A stretch of 61,695 nucleotides of DNA, filler included, from Choristocarpus tenellus KU-1152 (Eukaryota > Protista > Phaeophyceae): assembly GCA_964200185.2 (NCBI GenBank). It is 7 parts of 7 records of this genome, joined end to end, with 100 filler letters (N's around TTAATTAATTAA, not from the genome) between each part and the next. Parts side by side here need not be neighbours in the genome. Positions count along the whole stretch, not along the records: positions 38,529 to 44,599 come from CAXNAD020009017.1; positions 44,700 to 50,866 come from CAXNAD020008782.1; 5 more parts are not named here. The stretch is one strand, 5' to 3'. The translations under genes were made by a program, and so were the position numbers. Of this stretch, positions 38,529 through 50,966 are shown piece after piece. The stretch's first letter is position 1, and each line of letters starts with the position of its first letter. The notes below the pieces were generated by a model. The model was given only the letters and a program-made list of their open reading frames with translations. It was not told the DNA's origin and made no database searches.

Positions 38529-38838
38529 GTGATGCCTCCCTAGCTCCACCCCCCCCGGGGCACAGGAGTAGGTAGATGGGAAGCACAGGAAGACAGTACA
38601 ATATTTGTTCGCCTATTTCTGAAGGGTTTATTTTCCGAAACCCATCCGAATCGTGATCCTCCCCACTTACTCAGTTCCCCGCTTTTTCCTGCTAGTCTTT
38701 TCAGTCTTGCACTTGTGTAACCATAACCTCGTCCTCTCGGTTACGGTTCGTCTTTGTTCGTCTGGTCCGTCTTGCCTGATGATTATCTTCGCCACCCTTG
38801 TCTGAGGGAACCACGCTCCCACAGAATCACACGATTCA
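38529..38838 (+). mobile_element. Putative LTR (or SINE body) ending ...GATTCA
   Basis: Its last 59 nt are repeated at 27311-27369. It is followed by TAT and then TGGCGACACCGG..., the geometry of an LTR/primer-binding-site junction. The left boundary is hidden by the gap. Confidence 0.5.
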
Positions 38839-38841
38839 TAT

Positions 38842-38897
38842 TGGCGACACCGGTGAGATTCGAACTCCCGCGTGCGAAGCACACAAACTTAGCAGGT
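38842..38897 (-). pseudogene. 3' two-thirds of tRNA-Ser(GCU) including encoded CCA (retro-derived, not a functional tRNA)
   Basis: Minus strand: AC-CTGCTAA-GTTTG-TGTGCTTCGCACGC-GGGAG-TTCGAAT-CTCAC-CGGTGTC-G-CCA. This gives a GCT anticodon loop, long variable arm, T loop, acceptor 3' strand, G discriminator and CCA. The D arm and 5' acceptor strand are absent, and the T stem has one mismatch. Confidence 0.8.
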
Positions 38898-39449
38898 ATA
38901 TAATAATATATATATTCACTACATCTTTGTAGGGAAAATAATATACATTGATATAATATATTCAAGTACTACTTACATAATATACTTCATCATAATGCAT
39001 TTGTATTTTGTAGATGTGGTAGGGAAAAAATAAATATATATTGGTAATAGTTTAGTAGTGTGAGTATATCACTACCAAATTATGTACCAATATATATATA
39101 GAATATATAATTTATCCTTATCTCCACACCTACTTCACCCCTAAAATATTCAATGTAGGAAAGAGCCAGTGTAGTTGCTTTTTTGTCTTCATCCTCCACT
39201 ACCCAAACATCTATGTATGATGATACTGCATAGGGAGTCCCTGTTGTGCCTGTGCGCTATCTTGTGTACATAGTGGATTGGTGGATTCTGACTGCTATTC
39301 TCTAGGGATTAAGGATGCTAGGAAACTAAGCGGATCTGTAAGAATCTGTTATACATTATGGACACTACTGGTTCACTTTGGTAGGTAGTGGTTTTGTCAC
39401 TGTTGCTGTGATTGACGAGAGGGACTCAGGCATATCACAAGTACACAAA

Positions 39450-42400
39450 ATGAGCACTGATGAGGTTGGCCGTAGTCCACCAATCGAGGAAAAACCGAAT
39501 GATGAGCCTGCGAAAGAATATACGGGAAGGGAGAACATAGTTCATGATGTGGAGGATGAGCATCTTCCCCTGAGCAAGGTGGAGGTCCCTCAGACGGAAG
39601 GGGTAGATGAGGAGTGCTGTGTTGAAATTGGCTCGAGTGCTGGCGTTTCAAGCTCCAGTCTTACTGATGCTTCGAATGGGGACCCAATGGAAGGGGGAGT
39701 TGAGGAGATGCCGTACACTCGTATAAGCACGAGGACAGATGATTTGGATCCCTCTCTTCACCACAGCTCGAGAGTGGATCTATCAGAGGCGAACGGTCTC
39801 GAGAAGGATTCTTGCGCTGATGAAAAATTGGGAATTAGTCCTTCGGACTCCGTCATTTATCAGATCCCAGCATCTGGTGGGGATGAGACTTGTGCTGCTG
39901 AAGGTGTGATTGACCTCCCAATGGGAGGAGAGACTGGAAGAGATCACCAAGAGACACCTGACGCTGCCGGGATGTATCAAAGCAGCCTTCGTCAGGTGTT
40001 ATGTTCGATTGATATCAAAAGAAGACGTCTTAATGAAATCTTCCAACCCGTACCTGAACTTTCTGTTGCTTGAGCCTACCTGCCACCAACATTCTTTCAA
40101 TCAACAGTAATGATGACAGTCGACCCCTCCTCGACAGCATGTCGTTATTTCCTTAGAGATGAGGTCATGATTTGAGTGGTACATCCCACAGACAGAAGCT
40201 GGTCTATCAGCTCCAATTTATATTTTCCCTCTCTTTTTCAGTTCAGATTAACCTTTGTATGTGGCGCATATTGCATATCAACATTGATGACTACATCTGT
40301 TCGTACACTAACCCCACTAGAAGAACCGATAGCTCTAGAAATACTATCTACGTTAATTATCCTGCCCTGAACTCTTATCGCCTTCTAATCCTCTTTGACC
40401 TACCTTAAGTTCTCGATGATACTAAGGATTTCATGTCGGTTGAGATGGGGCTAAACGTCCCATGGACAATTCAACTCAAGCACCTTGTATCAGTGTCCCC
40501 CCTTACTCACCCCCCCTCCCCTACCAGGTGCTTGTGAACTTCTATAGCGTGCACAATCCAGACAAGATATCCTCCATCGATGATATTCTTATGCAATACG
40601 AGTCGAGGGAAGACCTTCTGATTAGCAGGCTTGAGAGCAAGTACTCAGCAGATCTTTCTTTTGCTAGGATACGCGCTTTCACAGAGACATTTTCTCCTAC
40701 CCCTGTCCAAAACCTTTATATTTCTCCAAGCACAGCCCAAACTGTGAGTCCCAGACCCTCTCCGGGGGGTGGGATTGAGACTCCAATGTTTGCAACTGCC
40801 ACACCACAGTCCACCTTTGTAGAGGAAAGTCCACATCAAGGTTTTGTACCAAGGTCCTCATCACCAAGGTCCTCATCGTCACTTTTGCCTGGTCTGGGAA
40901 TTGTAGGGGGGTGGGGTGGGCCAACTTTCAGCAGGACTTCTTACGGTGCCAATGGAAGGTCTAGATCTGAGTGGGGAGCAGAGCAGCATGCAAGGGGGGC
41001 AAAGGGGACAACAGTGACTCCACCAGTGATAAGCCAGCATCCGGTGCCTTTTGGCATTCTGGATAATGGTGCAGATAATGGTGCAGATAATGGTGCAGAT
41101 AATGGTGCAGATAGTGGTGCAGATAGTGGTGCAGCATCTCGTGTGCGGGCCTTGGAGGAGGAGCGTGCTGCCCTGGTTGTCAACTGCAGACGTCTTCAGG
41201 GAAAGGTGGAATTGACTACCAGGGAGGTGAGAGATATGTGTATGATAGTGTATTGCAGGTGGATTCATTAGGGTTAGGGTTACAACCAGTTGCACTCACT
41301 GTGCTCTTGCTGCACACTTATGCCATAGGGATGGTGATGTCTCTTTGTTGAATGAAGTGAGTGCTTGTGTTTCAATTTTCCTTACCTTGCTTGAATGCCC
41401 TAACGTGGTACTTACTACAAATTGAATTTTTTAGTGGGATAAGTAAGGTTGGGCTAGGTGTAGGGTTGGGGTGTCATTGTTGAAATACACTTTCATGTGT
41501 ATAATTTTGTTTTGATTTACTTGCAGTGATGTGCTCCTCCATGATGAAACCTGCAATGTATCCCTTGGTCATGGCACTAGTGAGTGCAAACCCAGATGAA
41601 GGTTTTGTAACATTGATGTTGGTGTTATTGCTATTTGGCGTTTCATGTTCATATTTGTTGACCATCTCAAGTACATCTACAAAGGAGTCAATCTTGACAA
41701 TACAATCAAGTTATTTGAGTATATATTGCAAGCCCAAGGAGGGGGAAGAGATTCCTTTACTCTATACAGCAGTCCAACTAAGGCTAAGGTAACATTACAG
41801 TCCGTTAATGGTGCAGGCAATACCGATAATGATATCTATTGAGTGTGTTGTGTATGCCACCACTGACATTTTTGAGGCATTGGTCAATCATGTGGGAGTT
41901 TCACCAAGTCATTAACTGAATCAAGATAATCTCGACTATTTTTTTTTCTGTATGCAGAAAAAACAAAAAAAGTTAAGTGCTGATTGTCACACTTATGCTT
42001 GGACAGGCAAGGGCGGCGGAGATCCTGCGAGATGGATTGCAGCGTAAGCTAAGGGGATCATCAGAACGTGTTGCAGCAGCAGAGAGGCAAGCGAAGGAGG
42101 CGTTGGCACGTGTGAGAGCTCTTCAGGCAGGCCAATCTACATTGGAGGTGGGTTCTTTCCTCCCTCACCTTGTGCACATGATTTGTTGAGTTAGACACCA
42201 TTACTTTTAATATTATTTTATTAATACTCTTTTATTATTATTGTTTTGGATAACAGTGGGTAGAACATGTGTTAGGTGACACTTAGTCATTAATTGCAAT
42301 AAACACACAGAGTAGTGACCATGCCCTACCCAAACCCAACCCCACTCACCCTATACCTTTGGGTAATTTCTTCCCTTGGTTCAGTTTTTTTCATATTGTT

Positions 42401-44599
42401 TAACAAGTTTATAACCAATTGTAAATGAAAGTACAATTCTGGGTGTATGTTCCCTTGTTGTGTGCATTTGGGCTGGACTATCTGCTTCATGTACCACTAT
42501 GTTACAAGCTTGTTTTTGTGTCCTTGTTGATATAAATGAACAGAAGAGAAGTGCGAGGGAATAGAATAACAGAAACAAAAATCATATATATATATATACA
42601 TACAATTGAAAGCAACAATGTTTTATTTAGCTGCGTAGATGGAAAGCTATTGATCACATTAAATAGGTATGTACGTCAATAAAATTTCAAATGTTGATGT
42701 GGTGCAGATAGACCTCACTGCAAACCTGTTGAAGATGGTAGCATGAAGACTCCTCACCTGTCTGTATAATTATAGGGTTAGGGTTAGGATTATGATTATG
42801 AATTTGAATATGAGTACATTTCAAACGGCTAGTTCTTTCTTTTGGCACTGAAAAGAGCACCATGTTCAACACATTGTAGTGTTTGTTTTCTTTTATCAGA
42901 AATGATCGAATGACCTGTCTGTACCTAGGTAGTTTTTGGTAACACATTTACACACTTTGGTTTTGACTCCTCATCGCCCCTCTCTTGTACTTATCAATTG
43001 TGTTTCCTTTTTCCTTTTGTATGTTGTATGATGTATGTTGTATGTGGTATGATGTATGATGTACTCCTTCTCAATACTGATACCAAACCAAAAACATACA
43101 TGAAATATACCTACATTAGGCTGAGAAGGAGTTTGCAGAAAGACAATGTGCAAACAAACACACACAGCTCTTGGCAGCACTGGACGTTCAGATGGCTCTC
43201 AGGTGTTTGTGTTTGTGTTTGTGTTGATCAGATGGAGGGAGGGTAGCATTTGTGTTTGTGTTGAATATGCCAAAATTGAGGTGTGTACTTGCCTGATGGC
43301 CAGCCTGCGCTTTGAATTATGGAATGATGTTGATACTGTGCCTGTTGCTTCAGTTTAATAATAGTAGTAATAATAATAGTGGTAATAGTAGTAAATAAAA
43401 AAAAAAGGTTGAAGTTATTTTTGCTATTTGTTGTTCAGCACCCTTTCTGTTAATTGTAAGTGTTCCTCTTGTTAACATATGTGTGTTCCCTTCTGTTGCA
43501 CTATACAGAAGAGGTACCTTTTGCTCTAAATAGTAGGTAGTGTTTGTTTTCATTGTCAGTTGATAATTCATGTAGCATTAATACCATTGCAACTTGTGTT
43601 CAGTAGTAGTATGGTAGTAAGGTGTTCATTTTAATAAGATTGACATGATCAAGGGGTGCAAACATTCAATTTATGTATCATATTACATGCACTATTATTC
43701 CTATTGTATATTTTCTGTTAGTGTGTACAATACTGTTTTAGTAGATTGTGATTGAATGAGGCACAATTACTAGTTATAACTAGAGTAATAGCAAAGCCTC
43801 GCTCATCCCACCCTTTCAATCATATTATATATTTCATACTCAACTCAGAAGTGGACGTGAAGGGTAGGGAGAGGGGAGGGGAGGGGAGAGTGTATCAATC
43901 TATGAGATGTCCCACACAACCAAACAAACCATGGGACATGACATTACACAACTTAGACACACCTCTGTAATGATCGAATTAATTTACCTGTCCAAGAACA
44001 AATTATAAAGTCATGCTTTTCTTGTCTGTCCATAGATGAAATCTTGTGACCTTTTCTCCCTTGTCTGCCCCTCCCCCAACTAGCAGGGTGCAACTGGAGG
44101 GCCTTTTGGAACACATCCCTCCAACTCCAGAACTCCTAAACTCATCCTTGCATAGTCAAGTTTCATCAACTCCTTCAGAAACATTAAAATTGCTCGGCAG
44201 ATCATCATTACATCTGTCATTACCCTCATCCCCATACATTGAAGAAGCTCAAGTAGGGGAGAAGGCAGGATCTGTAGGAGAAAGCAATGTACAGTTAGGA
44301 TGTGTGGGGATGGAGACAAAAGTAAGCAATAGCCTGTACAACCTGTACAACCAAGCACACACTAAGCACATTGGTGTTGATGGACAGTTGAGTGTTGGCA
44401 AATTGGGACAAAAAAGGGGGGATTCAGTTCATTTAGGGGGGGTTGCTGGGAAGGACAAGGGGGAGGGGGATGGTCTGCTGGGGATAGAAGGCAATGATTA
44501 CAGAGAGTTTCAAGCTTTGGCAGGGGGGGTGGGGAGTGGGGAGGCTACGACTGTGGAGGGGTTGCAAAGATCATGCTTAATGCTGGAGAGCGCTTTCAA
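39450..44599 (+). CDS. Uncharacterised protein: acidic disordered N-terminus, FY..HNP.K helical motif, coiled-coil (3' truncated by gap)
   Basis: Phase-consistent exons: 39450-39995, 40528-41226, 42007-42147, 43120-43202, 44087->44599. It contains LRQVLVNFYSVHNPDKISSIDDILMQYESREDLLISRLESKY, then heptad-like RVRALEEERAALVVNCRRLQGKVELTTREARAAEILRDGLQRKL. Confidence 0.75.
41062..41133 (+). repeat. Coding 12-bp tandem repeat (D[N/S]GA)x6
   Basis: GATAATGGTGCA x4 followed by GATAGTGGTGCA x2. Confidence 0.95.
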
Positions 44600-44699
44600 N
44601 NNNNNNNNNNNNNNNNNNNNNNNNNNNNNNNNNNNNNNNNNNNTTAATTAATTAANNNNNNNNNNNNNNNNNNNNNNNNNNNNNNNNNNNNNNNNNNNN
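44600..44699. other. Artificial contig spacer
   Basis: N44-TTAATTAATTAA-N44. Confidence 0.97.
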
Positions 44700-44764
44700 G
44701 TTGTTTTGGGTCTTTTGCCCTCGTTCTGTGTTGTGCGTTTGTTTTTGTGTGTGTGGTGGCGGGT

Positions 44765-44796
<32 letters not shown>

Positions 44797-45033
44797 GCGG
44801 AGAGCTTTTTTAATAAGAAGACATTCAGGAAAGATAAGACTATTTTTGGTGGCCTGATTGGGGCGGGTAGCTATTGGTACTAAGTATCAAACATACACTG
44901 TCAGTCATTCCATACTTGTAACATGCTACTTCCGTGTGTGAATAATCATTGCATTTGAAACAAGAGTTTTTTTGTCATGTATACAGGGGTGCTACATGTA
45001 GCACACAGAAGATCGCATGACTCCTTCCCACTT

Positions 45034-45039
45034 CACACA

Positions 45040-45100
<61 letters not shown>

Positions 45101-45104
45101 ACAC
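45034..45104. repeat. (CA)n microsatellite
   Basis: Visible directly in the sequence. Confidence 0.95.
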
Positions 45105-45170
45105 CTCCACCCTTTTCCTGGCTTCCCCTTTCCCCATGCAATACCCCTATGTTCAACCATGGTCTGACAG

Positions 45171-46937
45171 GTTGAGGCTGGGTATGTCAAAGGAAGGCGC
45201 TCGAGACATGTTTGTCGGGGCGTTCTACGAAGCTGTTTCGCCTGCAGTCAAGCAGATCCACTCTTCAGTGGAGGTGATTCCGATGATCGAATTGATATCC
45301 CTAGCCCTGATCCTCTTTGAAACTGCTACTGTGTTATCCCTAGCCCTGATCCTCTTTGAAACTGCTACTGTGTTATCCCTAACCCTGATCCTCTTTGAAA
45401 CTGCTACTGTGTTATCCCTAACCCTGATCCTCTTTGAAACTGCTGCTGTGATTGGTTTCGACTCGTCCCCTATACCCTTTAGTGACTATTAATTGAGCGA
45501 CAGAAACGCGTACATCTTTTTATCAAAACCATAACCGTACGGTTACTTACCCACATCTTAGTGATACGGACTAAGGCATCGGTGTCACCTATACATTGTT
45601 CTATACAGACGCACTTTTTATTAGCTCTAAACGCATTCAGAGCACAAAAGGGTTGTATGTTATGCAAGCAAGACATACCTCTATCCGCCAGTTCACCTGT
45701 TGAGATTGCCTGACCCCTCCTATCCCCCTCCTCCCTCCCTCCCTCTCTGCTTGTCTTCCTCCGGGTTTGCCATCTTGCTGGTTTGGCTTTCCAGGCTATT
45801 CGAGATGACAGGGCAGGGGGGACCCCTGTTGGTCACATCTCTACCCCTCGCCCCCGTCTCACCACCGGTAGCCCTGCGAGCTTCTTGCCACCTCCCCCTC
45901 TGCCCCCCCAGCAACAACCTAACTCATTCCCCCTTCCCGTGAGTGTCGGTGAAAAGAGCAGACCCTGTACTGGCTCAAACATCAACAGGGATGGTGTCCA
46001 CGGTAGTGGAAGTGTTGAGACCCAGGAGCCAACTCTGGAGCGGACAGTGAATGCCAGGGCTGAGAGGGTGTTGGAGGATATTGTGGATCTGGCGTCCTTT
46101 TGTCAGCGTGTGGATGCAGTTTCAGACTTGGAGGTGAGGGAGTTGTATGGGCTTTGAGGCATGTTTTTGTAGTTGATGTTTTGGATTTGGGGTTGCCCAT
46201 GGTGATAGGGGTAGAGGTTCACTTCCTTCACAACTCTTGAGTCGAGAGATCAATCTGAGGCGTCATAGTGGTTTATTTCAATGACTCAAAAAATGCCCAC
46301 GGTGATTAAAAAAGAAATTTTGTTCTGTAAGAGCATTCGTTGTTCCTCTCATTATATCTATCATGAGATCAAAGGGTAGCCTGAGCTAACCTGCTGTTAC
46401 ACGTGGTACACTGTATTAAGTGTGAGTATGAAAAGAAGTCGCTGAGTACACAGTTTTGTGTATTATTTTGTTATTATTATTATTATTATTATTATTTGCC
46501 ATGGAGTATTGAAGTAAAGTATTGAACCAACAATGATGTACATACTTGCACGTCTGAAAAGAGAGTGTTTACGGCCTACGATGCTAATGTGAAGTAAAAG
46601 TAGTGCTGTATTTAAAATAGGTTGGAATGAGGCGTGATAGTCTACTAGTTGACTCTGATCGGTATCAGTTCGAGCACTTTGCGTGTGCGAGGAACAGCAT
46701 GGTTTTGCAAGGTATTGCGAAGGCATTTTTCTGCGGCTTCACAGCAGGCACAGTAGAATAGCTTTTTAAGACTACAGGTCGTATTTCGTTGAAATTTTCA
46801 AAGTCATCATCATTACATGGGGTTTTTTCGTGACCCCCGCAAAAGACGGTAAGATTCTCATACCATACTGTGCATTTAGTTACAGCCTGCCCCACAAACT
46901 GTTTGAACTGGTGCTGAACTGAGAGAGGAAGTATTTT

Positions 46938-46970
<33 letters not shown>

Positions 46971-47930
46971 TGGTAGTAGTAGTACTTTAGACCCGATGGT
47001 CTGACTTTCTTCCCCTATCGCCCTCACACATATTTTTAGCAACAACAAGCACAGTAGTAGAGCAATTTGTACCCTCTCCTGTGAAGAAATGATATCACAT
47101 TATTGTACATGAAAACTTTTTTTTTTTAATGTTTATTTTTTTCTCGTTTGTTTCTGTAACTTGTGACCAAGTCCCTCCCAACCCCAAGTCCCCCCCCCAC
47201 ACACACACACCACACCCCCGCCCGTGCCGCTGCCCCTTGTGTACCCTCTGATGCCACCCGCACACACCCCTGTTGAACAAGGCTGCCCTGGCAAAGGTAC
47301 CTGGGGGGCATTCTGACCTGTTAATGTCCGCAGATGCACGCAAGGCTGTAGGACCTCGTGTTGCGGAGGCGGTGTACCTGTTTGCTATTGAGGAATCGTT
47401 CAGACCAGCCGGAAACAGGTCCTTACTGCCAGTTTCACTATTATTTTTGTGTGTGTGTGTTTTGTTTTGTTTTTATTGATTGTAGTCAATATTGAGAAGT
47501 AGAAGATGCGTGGTGGTTCCTCTGAGGATCGTTATCAATGATGTGGAAAATGGTCATCCTGCAACCCTCAGCACTACTACTCCCCTTGATCTTTTTGTTT
47601 TTTTAGTGGATCACGCCGACAAAGTCGGCCCGTCTGTTGCACTAGGTCGATTAAGGGTATACCTTTTGAGGTCTTGTAAGGCTTGCAGAGGGTTGTGTTG
47701 TGATAACAAGGGTCGAGGCTTGAAGGGACTGGAGTAGGTTTTTCGGTTTGAAGTTGGGGGCTTGTTATCGTAGGGAAGGCGTTTTTATTGGGTCGCTACT
47801 GTTGAGATGCAACACGTTCGCAGCCTGTTAAAAACAACTCATGTTTTATTATTTTCTTTCCTCTACCAACACAATTTTTATCACAATAATGATAATAATA
47901 ATTTTGTCCGTTTCACCACCGCCATCGCCT

Positions 47931-47977
<47 letters not shown>

Positions 47978-50307
47978 GTATGTATGTATGTACGTATGTC
48001 TTGTCTCTTTGTCTCTTTGTCTCTACCCAATGTTCCTCTTTTTTTGTCAATATATATTTTTTCCAGGGCTCTTGCATCACGATTCCTGCCTCTCCAGGAG
48101 ACCCTGTTGACTCTCTTGGGGCTCAGCAGGGCGAAGGTCATTGATGTTCACCGCAGTCTAGGATCAAAGGTGTACGCCGAATACGTGATGGGTGCCCTTG
48201 ACCGGAAGTGGGTCCTGGATGAGGAGGACACATCATTCTTACATGTATGTGGCCAGTAATAATAATAAAATCGATGTGATGTGATGTGATGTGATGTGAT
48301 GTGATGAGAAGAGTCAGAGTGATCGCACAAATAGTTAAGGGAGGGGAAATATTGCAAACAGACAGTACACTTGGTTAGTACTACAAAAATAGTGCATTTT
48401 TATTCTTATATATATATATATATGTATGTATATATTCAAAGTATCTGGGGAGGATTTGGGATTTGAAAGGAAGTCTTAACCCCATTGTACAGCATCATTT
48501 GTGGTACTCAAATTTTATCAAAATATTTGACATCGAACCCTAACCCTAACCCTAGCTTGCTCTCGTTCCCTCCATTGTCACCATCCTCCAGACAATAGAA
48601 GAGACTCTGGGAATGACTCCCATCGTGTGTGAGGAGGTGGTCTATAGAGGCAAGAAGACTTTCCTTCGCCGGATGGTGGAGGACAGGGGTGACAAGGCCT
48701 GGGACGATCCCGCCCATGCCCGTGTCCTTCGTGAGTGTGCTATGGGGCTGTCCATCAGCCTCAGGTGAGGGAATGCACTGTGTGTGTGTGTGTGTGTGTG
48801 TGCGTGCGTGCTTTTTTATTTGACTGTATTTGGGGGGGGTTGTCATTCATCTGGGTAAAAGGTAGGTAGGTTTATTTGGTTCTTCAGCAGAGTCTCTGAT
48901 TCTTTCCCACACACACACACACTTTGCTGTACTAACGATGCACAGGCGGTATATGTTTTTGTTATGGGTTGTTTAGGTACCCTACTGTGTTGTGTTGTGT
49001 TGTTCTGAAAGGTGGAGAGAGTGTAAGTATTGTGACATTATTCAACAAGATTTTTGTCATTTGAAGGTGCGGGTTCACTAGGGTCCTTCTTTTAGGACAC
49101 ATCCTGGATATCTCAGCTCCCTATTCTATTGATGCCATTTATCCCCATCCTTCCATGCCTTGAGATAAACTCCATCCCCTCCCCCCCCTGCACTGTCCTT
49201 TCTCCTCTGTTCCCCATGGCAGGGATGATCTGGCCCTCCCTGAGGAGCGCCGGCGTCGGATGTTCTATGCTGAGTCGAAGGCGGTATTGCATGGGGAGAT
49301 AGAGTCCTCAGAAGCAAAAGTTGCTGTGGAGGTATGTGTTGTGGATGAGTAGGTGCTTAGTGCTGTGAAATGTGACTTGGGAGCAATGGAAAAGAGGATG
49401 ATCAGTTTGATGTTGTGCTGTTGCTGTGATTTTGGAGGTTGTGTTTACTCAAGACTGAACTGCCAGAGACACTTCAACGGATTGGCATGACTAACAGTGC
49501 TTGCTTATATCGGCTCCCTTGCTCCCCCCCTTTTGTGCATGATTTTGTTGTACTGGAACATTGTACTTTATTTACCTAAGGATTGCAGAAGATGGTCATT
49601 GTTGTAGGAGATCATACTGGTTTTCTGTTTTCAAATTACACAGTGTTGTGTGTTGTGTGCTAGCATCCGTTAGATGAATTGAATCCAAATCCACTTCCTA
49701 TTTTACCCCCTTCATTGAGAACACTTCCAAGCACCTCACTGCAACACCTCTCCAGTGTCCTTGGTCTCCCTATGACCTCCTTGGCCTCCCTATGACCTAT
49801 GAGTAGAAATCCCGCTTACCTCCCCCCCTTCCATTCCCTTCCCTTCCTTCTCCCTATCTGCCATAGATGATCTGCAATACACTAGACCTCCCAGAAGAAG
49901 CAATGTACAATCTGTATGCCGAACTCAACAACAAGAATGCTATGCCCGGTGAAAGTGCAACAAAAGGGGTCCCACCAAAGGAAGAACAAGTTCCAACCCC
50001 ACCGAGGGCTGGGGCAAGCGTAGCACAACAGAATGGGGTGACAGATGGGGCAGGGAGGCCACCGGGCACAAGGTATGGGATAGTAGAGGGGGGAGTGGGA
50101 CCTACAAAGACAGAGATGAGCTCAGAGCAGCCGCTAAAGCTCGGCAGGAGCTCCTGGGTAATCCCCAGAGCTGACTCTGAGTCCATGCACAATGGCTCTG
50201 GGCTGACAGTGGGAGAAGCCTGTGCTCTGGCGGAGCAGCAACAAGGCAAGTTGGTGGAGGGGGTAATTGGGTCTGCGACAGCAGACCCTGCCCTAGCTAT
50301 GGAATGA
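45171..50307 (+). CDS. Tic110-like plastid inner-envelope translocon protein, 3' part (divergent; 5' lost at gap)
   Basis: Phase-consistent exons: 45171-45273, 45795-46133, 47282-47418, 48067-48244, 48592-48764, 49223-49331, 49867-50307. The segment LLGLSRAKVIDVHRSLGSKVYAEYVMGALDRKWVLDEEDTSFLHTIEETLGM...LRECAMGLSISLRDDLALPEERRRRMFYAE resembles the helical C-terminal region of red-lineage Tic110 as recalled. The gene structure is solid; the family call is from memory. Confidence 0.6.
45296..45450 (+). repeat. Intronic 39-bp minisatellite, ~4 copies
   Basis: Unit TATCCCTA[G/A]CCCTGATCCTCTTTGAAACTGCTACTGTGT. Confidence 0.95.
47935..47999. repeat. (CT)n + (GTAT)n microsatellite
   Basis: Visible directly in the sequence. 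Confidence 0.9.
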
Positions 50308-50866
50308 CTACTTGCGCCCAGGTCTGAAGGGATGAAGTCAGCAACAAAGGTAATCCCTCACAACAATAAACACCACCTAGCAGCAGCAAAGCAGCCTCTA
50401 TACGTCCCCCCTCCCTCTATACTTGGACCAGTCACCACGTCGAGAACTGGAGGGGGGGGAATGGGCAGGGGAATAGGGTGGCATCAACTGGGACCGGAAG
50501 TGTCGGTCCTGGCTTGTAATGCGCCAGGCAGGATGCTTGGGGGTTGTTGTGCTCTGACTAGCAGTCGCAGAAATCAGGCCTGGGCGGTAAGGAGTGGGCG
50601 GTCTGGGATGGTGGGCCCAGCATCGTCTCTGTTTATGTCTGTTGGGGGGAGTGATAGTTGGGGGTGGGGGGAGGAGAAGATGATTGTTGGGGCGGAAGGC
50701 TCCTTCCCTGTTGATATTGGAGGTGTGGAAGAGAGACAGTCAAATCTAAAATGGAACCTAGGAAAATTGAGACGGGGCTCCGTAAGATTCAATCGGTATA
50801 TATTTCGTATACATGGACGTAGTGTGGGGCGGGGAAGAGGAATTTGGGGTTGAGGTATGGGATATG

Positions 50867-50966
50867 NNNNNNNNNNNNNNNNNNNNNNNNNNNNNNNNNN
50901 NNNNNNNNNNTTAATTAATTAANNNNNNNNNNNNNNNNNNNNNNNNNNNNNNNNNNNNNNNNNNNN
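50867..50966. other. Artificial contig spacer
   Basis: N44-TTAATTAATTAA-N44. Confidence 0.97.

Noticed and set aside
38842-38897. Functional or split tRNA-Ser gene
   Set aside because: The 5' third is absent nearby, CCA is encoded, the T stem has a mismatch, and the break is not at the canonical 37/38 intron site.
44977-45492. 171-aa ORF with hydrophobic SLALILFETATVL repeats suggesting a membrane protein
   Set aside because: It is read-through of a (CA)n tract, one real exon and an intronic 39-bp minisatellite.
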